Source of the DNA: Candidatus Omnitrophota bacterium
GTDB lineage: Bacteria > Omnitrophota > Gorgyraeia > Gygaellales > Profunditerraquicolaceae
NCBI GenBank assembly: GCA_016867115.1
Contig: VGKG01000006.1
Span: forward strand, 1-61,093
Length of the DNA: 61,093 bases
Direction: 5' to 3'
In this document: positions 44,601-56,600 of the stretch, piece by piece
Numbering within the stretch: position 1 is the stretch's first letter
Layout of the letters: each line of letters begins with the position of its first letter
Notes under the pieces: model-generated
The model's input: only the letters and a program-made list of their open reading frames with translations
Told to the model about the DNA's origin: nothing
Databases searched by the model: none
Made by a program: the position numbers and the translations under genes

Positions 44601-47600
44601 AGAGGCCCACGAAGGAGACCCCTCTTATGTAAGCGAGTTCCTCTATCGCGGCATGGGCGGAGAGCACTCTTTGGTTATGAATAATGCTTATCAGGCGTAC
44701 CTTTGCGAAAACCACGGCCAGTCCGAAGAGATCCTCAGGCGCGCGCAGGGAGAGGATGAGAATAGCAGCCGCGCTAACTCCGGAAATTTCGCAAGAAAGC
44801 TCCTGGATGCGGAAAAAGAAAGAGGCGTTGCAGTTCTGGATGCGCAGGCCTTTGCAGAGGAATGGGAAGCTTATCAGGCAGGAATTGTGGCAGAAGAGAC
44901 AGCTAAGAATGTCGAAAAGGCAAAGACAGAAGCTGGCCGGACGCAGAATTTACCTATTCAGACTACCGAAGACAAGGTTGAGGATACTTTAAGGAACTGG
45001 ATGAATGCCGCCAATATCCCGCAGGCAAGGCCTGAAGCTCAATTCAATGCCACTCCGGTGACCGTTTTTGTTGATACCAATGTCACGGCAGTGACCATGA
45101 TCGAAGTGAGCGGCGCATCCAATATCGTGCATCAGGTACAGGCCGGAAATCTCGTGGAAGTTCCTGCTGACAGCGGCATTGACCTGCCTGCGGGCCTCGA
45201 TTTGAACGGCCGCACAGTGGTGATCGTGCCGGATGAGGTTATCAATGCTAGGGATCAGCATACCGAATCTTATCTGAAAGATTTCAATACCCTGATCAAC
45301 CACCTGAGAGGAAATGATAGCGTTTATATCAGGGAGGTAGAACAAATTCAGGGACAGTCCCCTGCGGGGACAGTCCCTGTTCAGCCTCAACTTCCGGCGA
45401 ACAATAATTCCGAAAGCGCCAATGAAAAAGCAAAGCAGGCCCGCACTCTCATGGATGCGCGCGACCAGCTGCAGGGAGCCAACCGAGAGGCGCTGGAAGA
45501 AGTGAGTGATTTCCGCAAGTTCTGGGATAACTTTGGCCGGGAAGGATTCCGCGACTATCTGGTGGATGCTCTGATCGAAGCCAAATACATCAGCTCCTTT
45601 ATGAGCGTGGAGCAGATAGAGAGAGCGGTAGAGGTAGTGAGGGCAGACCACAACCTGAGCGAAGACGCTTCTTTTGCGCAGGTTTTTGCGGCCCTCGAAG
45701 GCAGATTATCCGGCATCATTGATATCAGATGCAATATCGATAGCCTGACCACGAATATCGGAGCTGAACAGGACGCGGCAAGGAAGGCGGAATTGATCCG
45801 GCAGCGTTACCTCCTTGAGGAAAAGTTAGCCCGCCAGGAAGAAGGCATTGATGCTGCCAGGCAGCAGGTGATCGAGGCAAGAGGCAGCAACTGGTTTACG
45901 GAGTTCCTTGGCAATGCCAGGAAGTGGTTCCTGCGGGTGACCTTCTGGGCAGATGTGGTCGAGCGCGAAGAAAAGGTCAGGGAGAACGCAAGAGAGGTGC
46001 AGGAGTTAGAGCAGCTTGGCAAGAGGCTTAGCCGCCTGCTGGACGCCGAAAGAGCTGCGGCTAATACCAATACCCGTCAGCAGGAGAATAGCCCGGTATC
46101 CAGATTAGAGAACGCAGTCAGGGTGCTTGGCTTAAGCGTCAACCTTATTGAGACAGAGAGCAGGCTGCTTAATAACCAGGGCCAGGATAATGAAGCTTTA
46201 CAGCAGCTCTGGCAGGAGCATCTGGGCCGGCTGCAGAGCACTTACCGCCTGCAGATGGCGGATATCCAGCAGGCAGAACTGGATCTCAAGGACTTGATCG
46301 CCAGATGGTCCGGGCCGGAAGACGCCTTAGCCAGGGAATTGGGCCTGGCTGAAGCATTACGATCCATCCAGGCAGAAGTGAATGAGAGTTATGCGGCTAC
46401 AGTGAACGAGGTTGAGCCCGAAGCCCGCTCCTCGGCAGTCAGCCGCAGCCGCCAGATCTCAAGGCTTGAGTTTGAGCTGGTGCTTACTGCCAGCCTCATC
46501 CATGAATATCAGGAGAATATCCTGAAGACATTCAACGCCAGGTTCTGGAGATTCTTCGAGCGCCTGCCTGAATACGATGTGGCAAAGAACCTGGGCCGTC
46601 TTTTAGCCGACAACAAAGCCAATATCGAGAAAGTTCAGGATATTGCCGAAGTCGCAGTTTATACCAGGGAAGATATCTCAAGGAACAGGGCAGAGATGCT
46701 CGCTGCCACGCAATACTGGCAGGGCATGACCGGCAGGCTGAACCAGTTGATCAATGCCTTAAGCAGCCAGGCAGCCAGGACCTTGGGCGACTTATTGAAC
46801 AATCCCGAGAGCCGCGCGAATCTGGTCGCGGTCTTCAAGTCCTTTGATGAAAGGATCGCGAATCTGGAGAATGTCACTGAGCAGGATATTACCAGGGCCA
46901 TAGAGCTGCTCATGGGCGCCTCAGCCGATAAAGTGGATATGTTCAAGCTCATTTCTCTGGTCAGCCAGAGATTCAAAACCGCCCAGGATGAGGGATTAAA
47001 GGATGCTACTAGCCGGGTAAGAAGAGGCGAAGTCACTGCCAGCCTCCTTGTCTTAGCCAAGCTCTCCGCCACTGCTTCGGCAGGCATGAATACGCAGGAG
47101 GCAGGCCGGATCAGGGAACTGATGGAGCTTGCCGGCACAGTATACAGCGGAGTGCATAGCCTGGATGCCTTTATTGAACGGACTAAGGCCAAAGAATACA
47201 GGCAGATAGAGCAGATGCTTTATCATCAGGCAATCCCCGAAGACCAACAGCCTGAAGATGAGCCTGTGCTGAATGAGCAGACGATTAAGAATGTTTCCGG
47301 GTATCTTGGCAGCCAGCAGCACACGCAGGAAGAGAGAAAGAAGCTAGAACAGCCCTACAGCCAGCCGGAAGACTCGAGCAGCCTGGTTGCCAGGTATGAA
47401 GAGACGATCCTGAAGGCAATCCGGGATTCTCTTGCCGTGACCGGCTGGCGGGCAAGGACAGGAGAAGCGATCAGCGAGTTCTTCGGCAGGAATACTTCCT
47501 TCGGCCCTTACCGGATGAGCGAAGAACTGGTGAGGGATTGGTTAGTCAATGAACGGGATTACGAGGCAGCTGCCATCGCCAGGAAAGATATTAAGTTTGC

Positions 47601-50600
47601 CACTACCTATTTTGCGGATGAGATCGCCAGGTGGCAACTCAGGAATATGGCTGCCGGAGTGGCCCAGCCCGCTGCTACGGAAAGAGATGCCCTGATTTCA
47701 GTCTTACGCGGCTTCAGGGGAGCGGATGACCTGGCTTTCGCAGAAAATGTCTACACCCGGGTAAATGAAACGCATCGCTCAGAGATCAGCCGCCAGGCAA
47801 ATGAAAGGACTACTGCCTTACAAGAGATGACCTCGATCAGCAGTGAAGCGGCAACTTATTTATCCGGCTTCAGGCTGAACGCCTTTGATAATACCGGCAC
47901 GGTCATCATTAGCATAAATCCTGCTCAGGAAGCGCATCAGGTAGGGCAGGCTATCCGCGCCATTGACCGCGCCTTACAGGCAATTCAGGCCACTAAAGAA
48001 TCCATCTGGGATGAAGTCATCATGAGCGATGTTGCGCAGGATAAACTCAAAGAGGCCTATCAGTCAGATGCGCGCGTCCGGGACCTGATCCTTGCCCAGG
48101 ATGAGTATGTATTAGTCAAGGGCCTCTTAAACCAGAGGCAGGCAATCTTAAGAGGCTTAGAGGCCAATGCAGATAGCTGGCTTGAGTTTAGAGCCCGGGA
48201 GCATCTGGATACCGCATATACCTTAAGCGATGCGCTTACCGAAGCCGGCCTGAATGCGGACTATATCAACCTGCAGGTCAAGCATCTGAACTTATTTAAC
48301 GGGCTGGATCTTATGGATGCCGGCCTTAAGGCAAAGGCAGAAGAGGCAATAAAGGCCCTTAAGGCAAGGCTTGAGCTGTGGCAGAGTTTGAGCGCGGTAT
48401 TCACTGCCGGAGAGCAGATAAACGCGCTTCAGGACAAATTACAGGAATTGAGTAAGAACGCAGATAATACTACTCCTTATGCAGTCCAGCTTAATGCGAT
48501 AGAAGAGCTCTTAAACAGGGTGGCTTTAGTCGCAGGGCTGGAAAAAGTCAAGGGGCACGCCTTAAGGCCGGGGAGCAAAATAGAAATGCTGCTTCAGGAT
48601 ATCAGCGCCGGAAACGCAGATTATTTTAAGGAGAATCCGGATGTACAGAATATTACTCCTGAACTCAAAGAAGCGATAGAAGGATTAAGAGGCGTATTAC
48701 AGGCTTCACTGCAGGGAGTGGAGCTGGGTAATGAATCTGCCAGTAATAAGGATAACGCCATCGCCCTCTTAGGCGAATGGAATACGCTTCAGGCTAAAGT
48801 GCAGTTGGGCACACTTAACAAGCGAGGCGCGCTTCCGGAGAGTTTATTGCGCTTCCTCACCCCGGATCTGCTTAAGTTTTATAACGAGGTCAGCGAACAG
48901 GTCAGGAACGGAGATTATCCTTTCTATTCGGAATTACTGCAGAATGGCCGGCGCAGGCTCGAGATCCAGATGAGCCCGGAGATAGAACAGCTTAAGACCC
49001 AGATCGAGGCGCTGAAGAAAATAGAAAAGCCGACTGAAGCCCAGATACAGGAACGCAAGGGCCTGGAGGCAAGATTAGTCAGATTCGGCAGGATAAGCTT
49101 TGCCGCCGCCGGCGAGATAGAGGCGAGGTTAGAACTGCTTGACCGCGAAGACGGGCTCTTAAACGGCATCATCAATATCAGGGATGAAGACAGGGACTTA
49201 CGCGACCAGGCCGGCGCCCTAGATTTAAGCAGAGAGAATAAGCTGCGTAAGGAAGTGGTCAGGCTCTATGAGGAGGCAAGCGAATTAAGGGAGAGGCTGA
49301 AGAAGGGCGAAACACTCTCCGAGTATAGCCGCAGGCTCTATGACCAGATCAGCGGCTGGAGAGAGAGCAGGAATGGCTTAGAAGTTTACGCTCTCACCTG
49401 CATTGAGCAGGCTATGGAGAGGACGCGCAGGCAGCCGGCGTCAGCTGCGTCCGATAACCTCCTGGACGTATTAAATAAGGCACATGAATGGGAGAATACC
49501 CATCCGGCGCTCACCCTGACTGCTTTGAACAGCCTGCTTCAGGGTTCAGGCGTCAGCACGGAAGATTTTGTCATCATCGTCTACGGGAGGGAACCGCAGG
49601 GGCTGGCCTACTTCTCGGGAGAAATAAATAAGCTTCTGGATGAGGAGATACCTTTTGCGGCCATGAGCGAAAGAAGGGCGTTTGGCGACTGGCTGAATAC
49701 CCGCTTCCCCAAGGTGCACAACTACTTCTCGCTCACCGAGACCATCCTTTATGAGCGGGTGGTGGAATTATCCGACGCTTATTTTGGCCTGGACTTAAGC
49801 CGCAGCGAAACAAAAGTGGTTGCGGTGACTGCTTTGGATATCCCGCAAAAGGTGAACCAGGCGTATGTCGAGCCGGTATTAGAGCGTAACTTAAGCGTAG
49901 CTACGGATAATTCCACCGGGCCGAAGCTGAGCATTTCCGCAAAAGTCATGCAGGAAGGCGAAAGCATGGTCGGATTGAATGCCCAGATGACCGCAACCCA
50001 GGCCCAGGATGCCATCATCGGCCTCTTTGAGGATAACGGCGTTAAGGTCAACTATAACCAGCTGCAGAATCTCATGGCCCAGATCCGTTACGCCCTTGAG
50101 GGCATCAATGAGAAGGTAAACCCGATCATGTTTGCTCTGCAGGAAGTGGCGCGCAAGCAGAAGGATTTAGATGCCAGCCCTGAAGGGACTTTCGAGCACT
50201 TAAGAAGGCTCTCCGAATTAAGGCAGGCCCAGAGGACCCTAGACCGCCTCTTAAACAACGAAGGCGTACTTATTGAGGCAAGAGAAGAGGACCTGGAAAC
50301 GATTTTTGACGCAGTGCTCCTTAAGATCGAAGAGGTCTTCCATGCCAAGATCGCTTCGCTTCCTGAGATAAAGAAAATAGCGCCTTATGCCGATACCAGG
50401 TTCCTCTCACGGCTCTTCATCTCTCTCAGCATCGGATACAAATGGGAAGATTCAACCAGCGAGCTGCCCTTTACCCTGGTCTTAGGCTTTAAACTCTGGG
50501 ACGGCGCCAGGAAGGCTAACGAAGAAGTCAACGGCCTGATGCAGGAGACTTATAATTTCCTGAACCAGTTTGTCCGGGCCAGATTAGAGAGCCAGATACA

Positions 50601-53600
50601 GGATGCCATAGCAGACGGCAATACCTGGAAAGTAAAAGTCCTGACTAAGAACCGGGAATTGCTTTCCGGCCTTGAGGCAGAATTAAGGGATCACGTGGTT
50701 AAGCCGGCTAAGGAAGTAAAAGCTAAGGCTGCTCTGCAAACAGGCGCCGCCATCCAGACAGAAGCATTGCCGGATATTCCTACCCGTTTCCTGGATAGCC
50801 AGAGAGACCGGATGTCAGAGGCTTATGCATCCGTCTCTATAGATATGCCGCTTCGGCAGATCTTTACTGCCGTTGACAGAATGGATGCGGCAAAGATGGA
50901 TGAAAGGTTCCAGGCATCCTTATTGGATGCGGTCTTGAATAACCAGGGCCAGTATACTGCGCAGGAAAGGATAGATTATTACCGTAAACTCATCCGGATC
51001 GTGAGCGCCTGGGAGATGTTGCCTGAAGGTTACACCCGCACAGGCGTATTAGAGGCGATGGAACGCTCTGTAATGGAGGCCAGCGACGGTGAAGCGGCAG
51101 CTGCTCTGCTGAACGGCCTCAAAGCCCAGATGCAGGAAGAACTGAATACACGGCTCTATCGCCTGCTCTTAGAGAGGGGCGCGCTTACCTTTCAGGCTAA
51201 TGAGAAGGATACCAGTAAGAGCGAAAGAGAAAGGTTGGATACCCGGATCAGTGAGATCAATGCCCGCATCGAACAGCTAAGAGACAGGGAGAATGCGCAA
51301 GTCCCGGTCAATGACGCAGAATTACAGCAGAGATTCCCGGATGCCTACCGCACAAGCAGCGGTGCTCCCGCGCAGGAGGCCTTCCCGCTGTTAAGCTTAG
51401 AGCACCTGCTTTCCGGCGCGCAGACAGATGCAGCCAGTTTCGAAGCCACTGCTTGTGCGATCAACGCGCAGGAGCTGGGGTATCATGCGGTGATCCTCAG
51501 AGGCATAGAGGCAAAGGCGCTCAATAATTTTGACGAGCTGGTTTCTCTCCTGGATAAACTCAGCCTTACCCGTCAGGCAGCGGAAAGAGAATTGAATAAG
51601 CGTAATACCGAGACACTCCTTATCCTGAATACCTCCTGGGAGGGCATTGTGGAGCTCGTCTCAAGGTATGCCACTGCCAAGGAGAGGACAGAAGAGCTGG
51701 AAGATTTTATCGATGACCTGGATACCCGCCAGAGCGAATATTCCAAGGCCCAGCGAGAATTGATCAGAAAGATCATCCGGGGCTTTATTGACGGCAATAC
51801 CGCCGAGTGGAATGCTTATGTAGGGCAGAATAGGGCTTATATCAGCGCACAGGACCTTGCTAAGTTCAATCTGGCAGTGAATAAGCTGATGCAGGACCTC
51901 AGGGAAGACGCGAACCTGGATACCTGGAGGAGTGAGACTATCTTAGCCTGGGAGCAGGCAAACGCCGATGTAGCGGACTTAGAGATCCCGGCCGAGATCA
52001 GGAGCGCAATAGAAGGATACCTGAATGAGAATGAAGTCTACCGCACCCAGTTTGCGTATCTGGCCAGCCAGGACCTGACCGAAGCAAAAATCATGGAGGC
52101 GATGAAGAAGTACGGCAAGGGCGCCACCCTCTCCATGATGAACCTCTCGCTGATCGTGCTTAAACTCAATGTGCGCACCGGAGCAGAAAGGACCCCCGAA
52201 TACCAGGATTACGTGGATACGTTTAACGGCATGCAGAGCATAGCCATGGAAAATATGCGCATCAAAGCCTACCTTGAGACCTTAAGGTATGCCCTCACCT
52301 TTCAGGTCTACCAGGTGGAAGGCAGGCACTTTACTTCTGCGGACAGAGAAGCTTATTTCAGGGGCGATCAGATGAGCAATTATCTCGGCGACCGGCAGGA
52401 CGGCCGGCAGGCCTCGATCCTCAACCACTTCCCGCAGGAATTAAGGGACCTCACTGCTCAACAGATCAGGGAGGCGATACTTTATTATGATGCCATGCTC
52501 TACCGCAACACCATAGAGCTGGTCGGCGATTCCATAGAGACCTATATGAGCTACAGCCGTTATCAGCAGTATAAGAAGGCTGACATCGGCGGCTATTTAG
52601 CCAGCGACCCGATCACTTTCGGCATCCTGAATGTCCTGTCGCTCATCCAGATCTTCCTGCACGGCCCGGATGAGGCAGTGATCGACGCCACTAACGACAA
52701 GATAGAAAGCGCGCTGATGAGCGTGGCCGGAGCGCTTACCGCAGAAGAGAGGAATGAAGCGATCGACTATAAGGGCGAGAAGGTAAGAGTCGCTCAGCAG
52801 GCCTGGGGCGTGGCCAGGGACGGCAGCGGCCTCTTAAGAGAAGTGATCACCACTGACGGCAGGAAACTTTACGGCTACTATTTTGATAACGGCGATATCG
52901 AGGACCTGGTGCACAATGTGCTCTGGCGCGAAGAAGGTAATAATTCCGCTGTCTGGGTGGAAGCGAGTTACCCGTCAGCGGATGACGGAATAGATTTCTC
53001 CGCATTTGAGGATAATTATGACCTGCAGTTCAATTCCCGCTTTATTATTCCGCTTAAGAAACTGCAGCTGGGTTCTACCACCGCCTTATTCGAATACAGC
53101 ACGACCGTATCGGATCTTAAGCCTTTCAGCTACGGAGACGAGAATACCGAAAGCCAGAAACTGGCCCTGCGTCTGGATACGCCGGCAGGCAGGAATGTCA
53201 CCTATTCCCTGGGGTCCGAACTGTTCATTAATCGGACTAACGGCAACCGCCAGACATATTATGTGGCTACGGACAGTAATACATGCGACACCAAGTTCGG
53301 AGTAGAGGTGGATGAGGACGGAGAGCTTACGGTCTTTGCCGGGGCAAATAAGCTCTTTAGCCTGCGCGATAACCCGGGCAGCATCAATGTCAGCTACCAG
53401 GACCATACCTCCACCTTCCGTTATTACCAGAAGTTCGGCGGGATCTGGCAGATAGATAATGTCATCCGCTACAAAGACGATGATGCCAGCCTTTTTGTCG
53501 GCAGCGGAGTGATGCGCGAGGTTTCGCGTAACTTGAGCCTCGGCGTTAAGCTTGAGGCTGATTCTACAAGGACGCAGGATGCAAGCGGAGCCTACAGCCG

Positions 53601-56600
53601 GGATAACCGCTTTGTGCCGATGCTGGTCATGCAGCAGCGCGACGCGCTCGGGTTAGACCTTATCCTCTTAGAAGCCGGATACGATACCGAATACAAGAGC
53701 CCGACCGCAAGCCTGAGCGTCAGGCAGGCGCTCACCAGGCATATCCGCCTGGATGCCGGGGTAAGCTATGAAGAAGAGGCCTTCGAAGCAAATGCCGGCC
53801 TGCGGCGTTACAGCGGGGACGGCAGCAACATGCAGAAGCTGACTGCCGGCTTTGACAGCGACGGCATCTCCGAAGCGGAGCTGGCGTTCGTCTGGAAGAA
53901 ACTTTCGATCGGCGCCCTCTATGACGATAATGACGGCTTTGGAGCGGAAGTAAAGATCAATTTATTAGGGAATAATTCCCTGGTCGGCAGCGGTTCGGCA
54001 AGATACGCCTCGGTTGAGAGCAGGCTTTATACGCCGGCCGGCGATATCCGTTTTGATGCCAGCATGGCCAACATTATCAAGAGATGGCAGAATGCTTTTG
54101 ATGAGTATGCGGATCACCCCACCAGGATCCGCGACGACAAGGAGATCAAGGAGCTCGTCCGCAGCCTTGACAGCAGAGCAGTAGAGTTCTTCATCCACCT
54201 TGCCCGCCATTACGGCAGCACAGAAGAGTTCCGCACCATTATGCGCGACTTTAACAGCCTGGCAGAGAGCACCCCGATCTTAGAGTACCTTGGCCGCACC
54301 TCCCAAAGAGGCGAGGCCAACTTAAAAGACCCGGCGACCTTCTGGGAGTTTGTCTACTGGAGAGAGAAGTTGGCACTTTACCGGGATGATTTCAGGAGCG
54401 CAGGCAGGAGTGATTTTGCGCAGGCTGCGCTTGAGCAGGTAGAAGAGGAGCTGGAGAAGAGAGTCATCTTAAGGGATGAAGTAGGAGACTTAATGCCTGA
54501 GGGCAGGTTCGATATCAATAAAGGAAATCACGTCCGGCTCCTGATGCAGGTCTGCGGCCAGGATATGCCGGTGAATGCCGTGGAACGTTTCCTGATCCAG
54601 GCTGACCGGACGCTGGATTATCTCACCGGCCGCGGCATACCCGTGAGCATGCCGATTGCTCGGCAGGTGGATGTGGCCTCGGCAGGCGGCTTATCTTACC
54701 TGTATAAATGGACTGACCGTACTTTTAGCTGGGAGCAGGAGGGCCTGAATACCGGCCGTATGTTTACCATCATTTCCACCATTCTTAAGGACCAGGATTT
54801 AGGCGCTGCCACGCAGGCCAGAGCCCCTCCGCTGCCGGAAGAGATAGAAGGAATCATTTCCCTTGCAGAAAGGATCTACCGCCAGAATCCGCGCATTTCT
54901 ACCAGAAGCATCGAGAACTTCAGCTACCTTTATAACCACTCCCAGTTAGCCTCCCAGCCCGAAGAGCTCCGTTTCCATCTCGGTATGGATTTCAGCGCCG
55001 CACCCGGCTTAAGCGCGGAAAAAGTCTTAAGCTCCATCAATGAACTGGACGCGGCCCTTAAGGCAACACCTTCACCCGAGACCCGGGCGCGCATGGTCGA
55101 ACTGCAGTATAAGAGCGCAGATTTCAGCGCCTATACCGACGAAGTAGCCCAGATGCAGCAGTTCTTTAATCAGGCCCTCGGCGCAGAAAGAGTGCAGGTG
55201 AATGCCGAGACCCTTCCTTTCCTCTATTATTGGGCGCGTATCGCCGAACGCCTGCCAAAAGATAAAACCTTAAATGATTATTTCAGGAATATCCCGGTCG
55301 CCTTATTCAATGACGAACCTTATCTCTGGAAATGGGAGCAGGTGGAAAGCTTCAACCGCAGGTTAAGCTATGTGAATAGCGCAGCAATTGATGCGCCCGC
55401 AGCCAGCGTTACCGAGTTTTTTAACGCTGTGCTCAAGGAAGCCGGAGCAACTTCTCAGGTCGCCTTCCAGTTAAAGCCCGAAGCAGCTGAAGCTGCCGCT
55501 CTTGCCGGCGCAGCTGACAGCGCGCAGTCAGCCTTCAATTTCTACGAGAATTATAAGAAGCTCACTACAGCTGACCAGGAGCTCTTGAATAATTACCTCT
55601 TAAAGCCGGTGCTCGGCATTGACCTGGCTGACGGCATGGATGATGCGGAAAAAGCAAAGCTGGCTGATTTCTTGCAGCCGGCAGCTAGCCTCACCGTGGT
55701 CAATCCCGCAACCGCTTCCGCCATCTCCATCCCCGTATTTGCCGTAAGAGTGGATAAGAATAATCCTTTCATCTCTACTGCCCTCCCCGGACAGGCGATT
55801 TATATCAGAAAAGAACTGGTAGAGGGGACCGATGAAGAAGTAAGGACTTTCCTGCAGAGGAGAGCGCAGAGGCCGGGCATTGCTCAGGAAGAAAAAGCGA
55901 GGATCCTTGCCCTCGTAGGCCTTGCGACAAAGGGTGAGATCTTAAGCGCTATCCTCGTGCACGAGGCCGGCGCCTATTTAGGATTCAAGCATGAGACGAA
56001 CATCGAACTGGAGAGCGAATTTCAGGAGTGGGCTAAAGATAAGACTTTAAGCCTTGAGGCAAAGACAGTGAGCGAGGTCAGGCAGGCCTTAGGCATTAAA
56101 GTAGAGGCTCCTGGTGCCACCCAGGCAAAACCGCAGGTTAAAGGGCAGGATAAGGGCTATGAAGGCGATGACCAGATAGAGACACAGGATAACGGCGATA
56201 TTGCCACCCTCTCCGAGCCCTTCCCCGAAGGCTCAACCGGATGGCAGCTGCTCCATGAATCGGTCTTCTTATCCTTATTCCCGAATGTCTCAACCTACGA
56301 TCAGTGGTGCAATACCTATGGCGACAATCAGGACGCCATTGATTTTGTGGGCGGGGTTGCCGCGGATGTCACCAGTGTCAGCCAATATATCGCTGACCTC
56401 ACCGTGGTCATTGATTTCTCCGAGGCCCTGAATACTGTTTCCTCTACCGCAGACACGGTCTTTGAGCAGGTCTATGACGTGACCATCGAGACTCTTACCT
56501 GGGAGTCCGGGGACTACATGGAGGAGCTCTTTGACATCTCTCTCGGCGACGAATGGGACAGCATCACGCTCTTCATCAACCAGTTAGAGGCGATCGCAGA

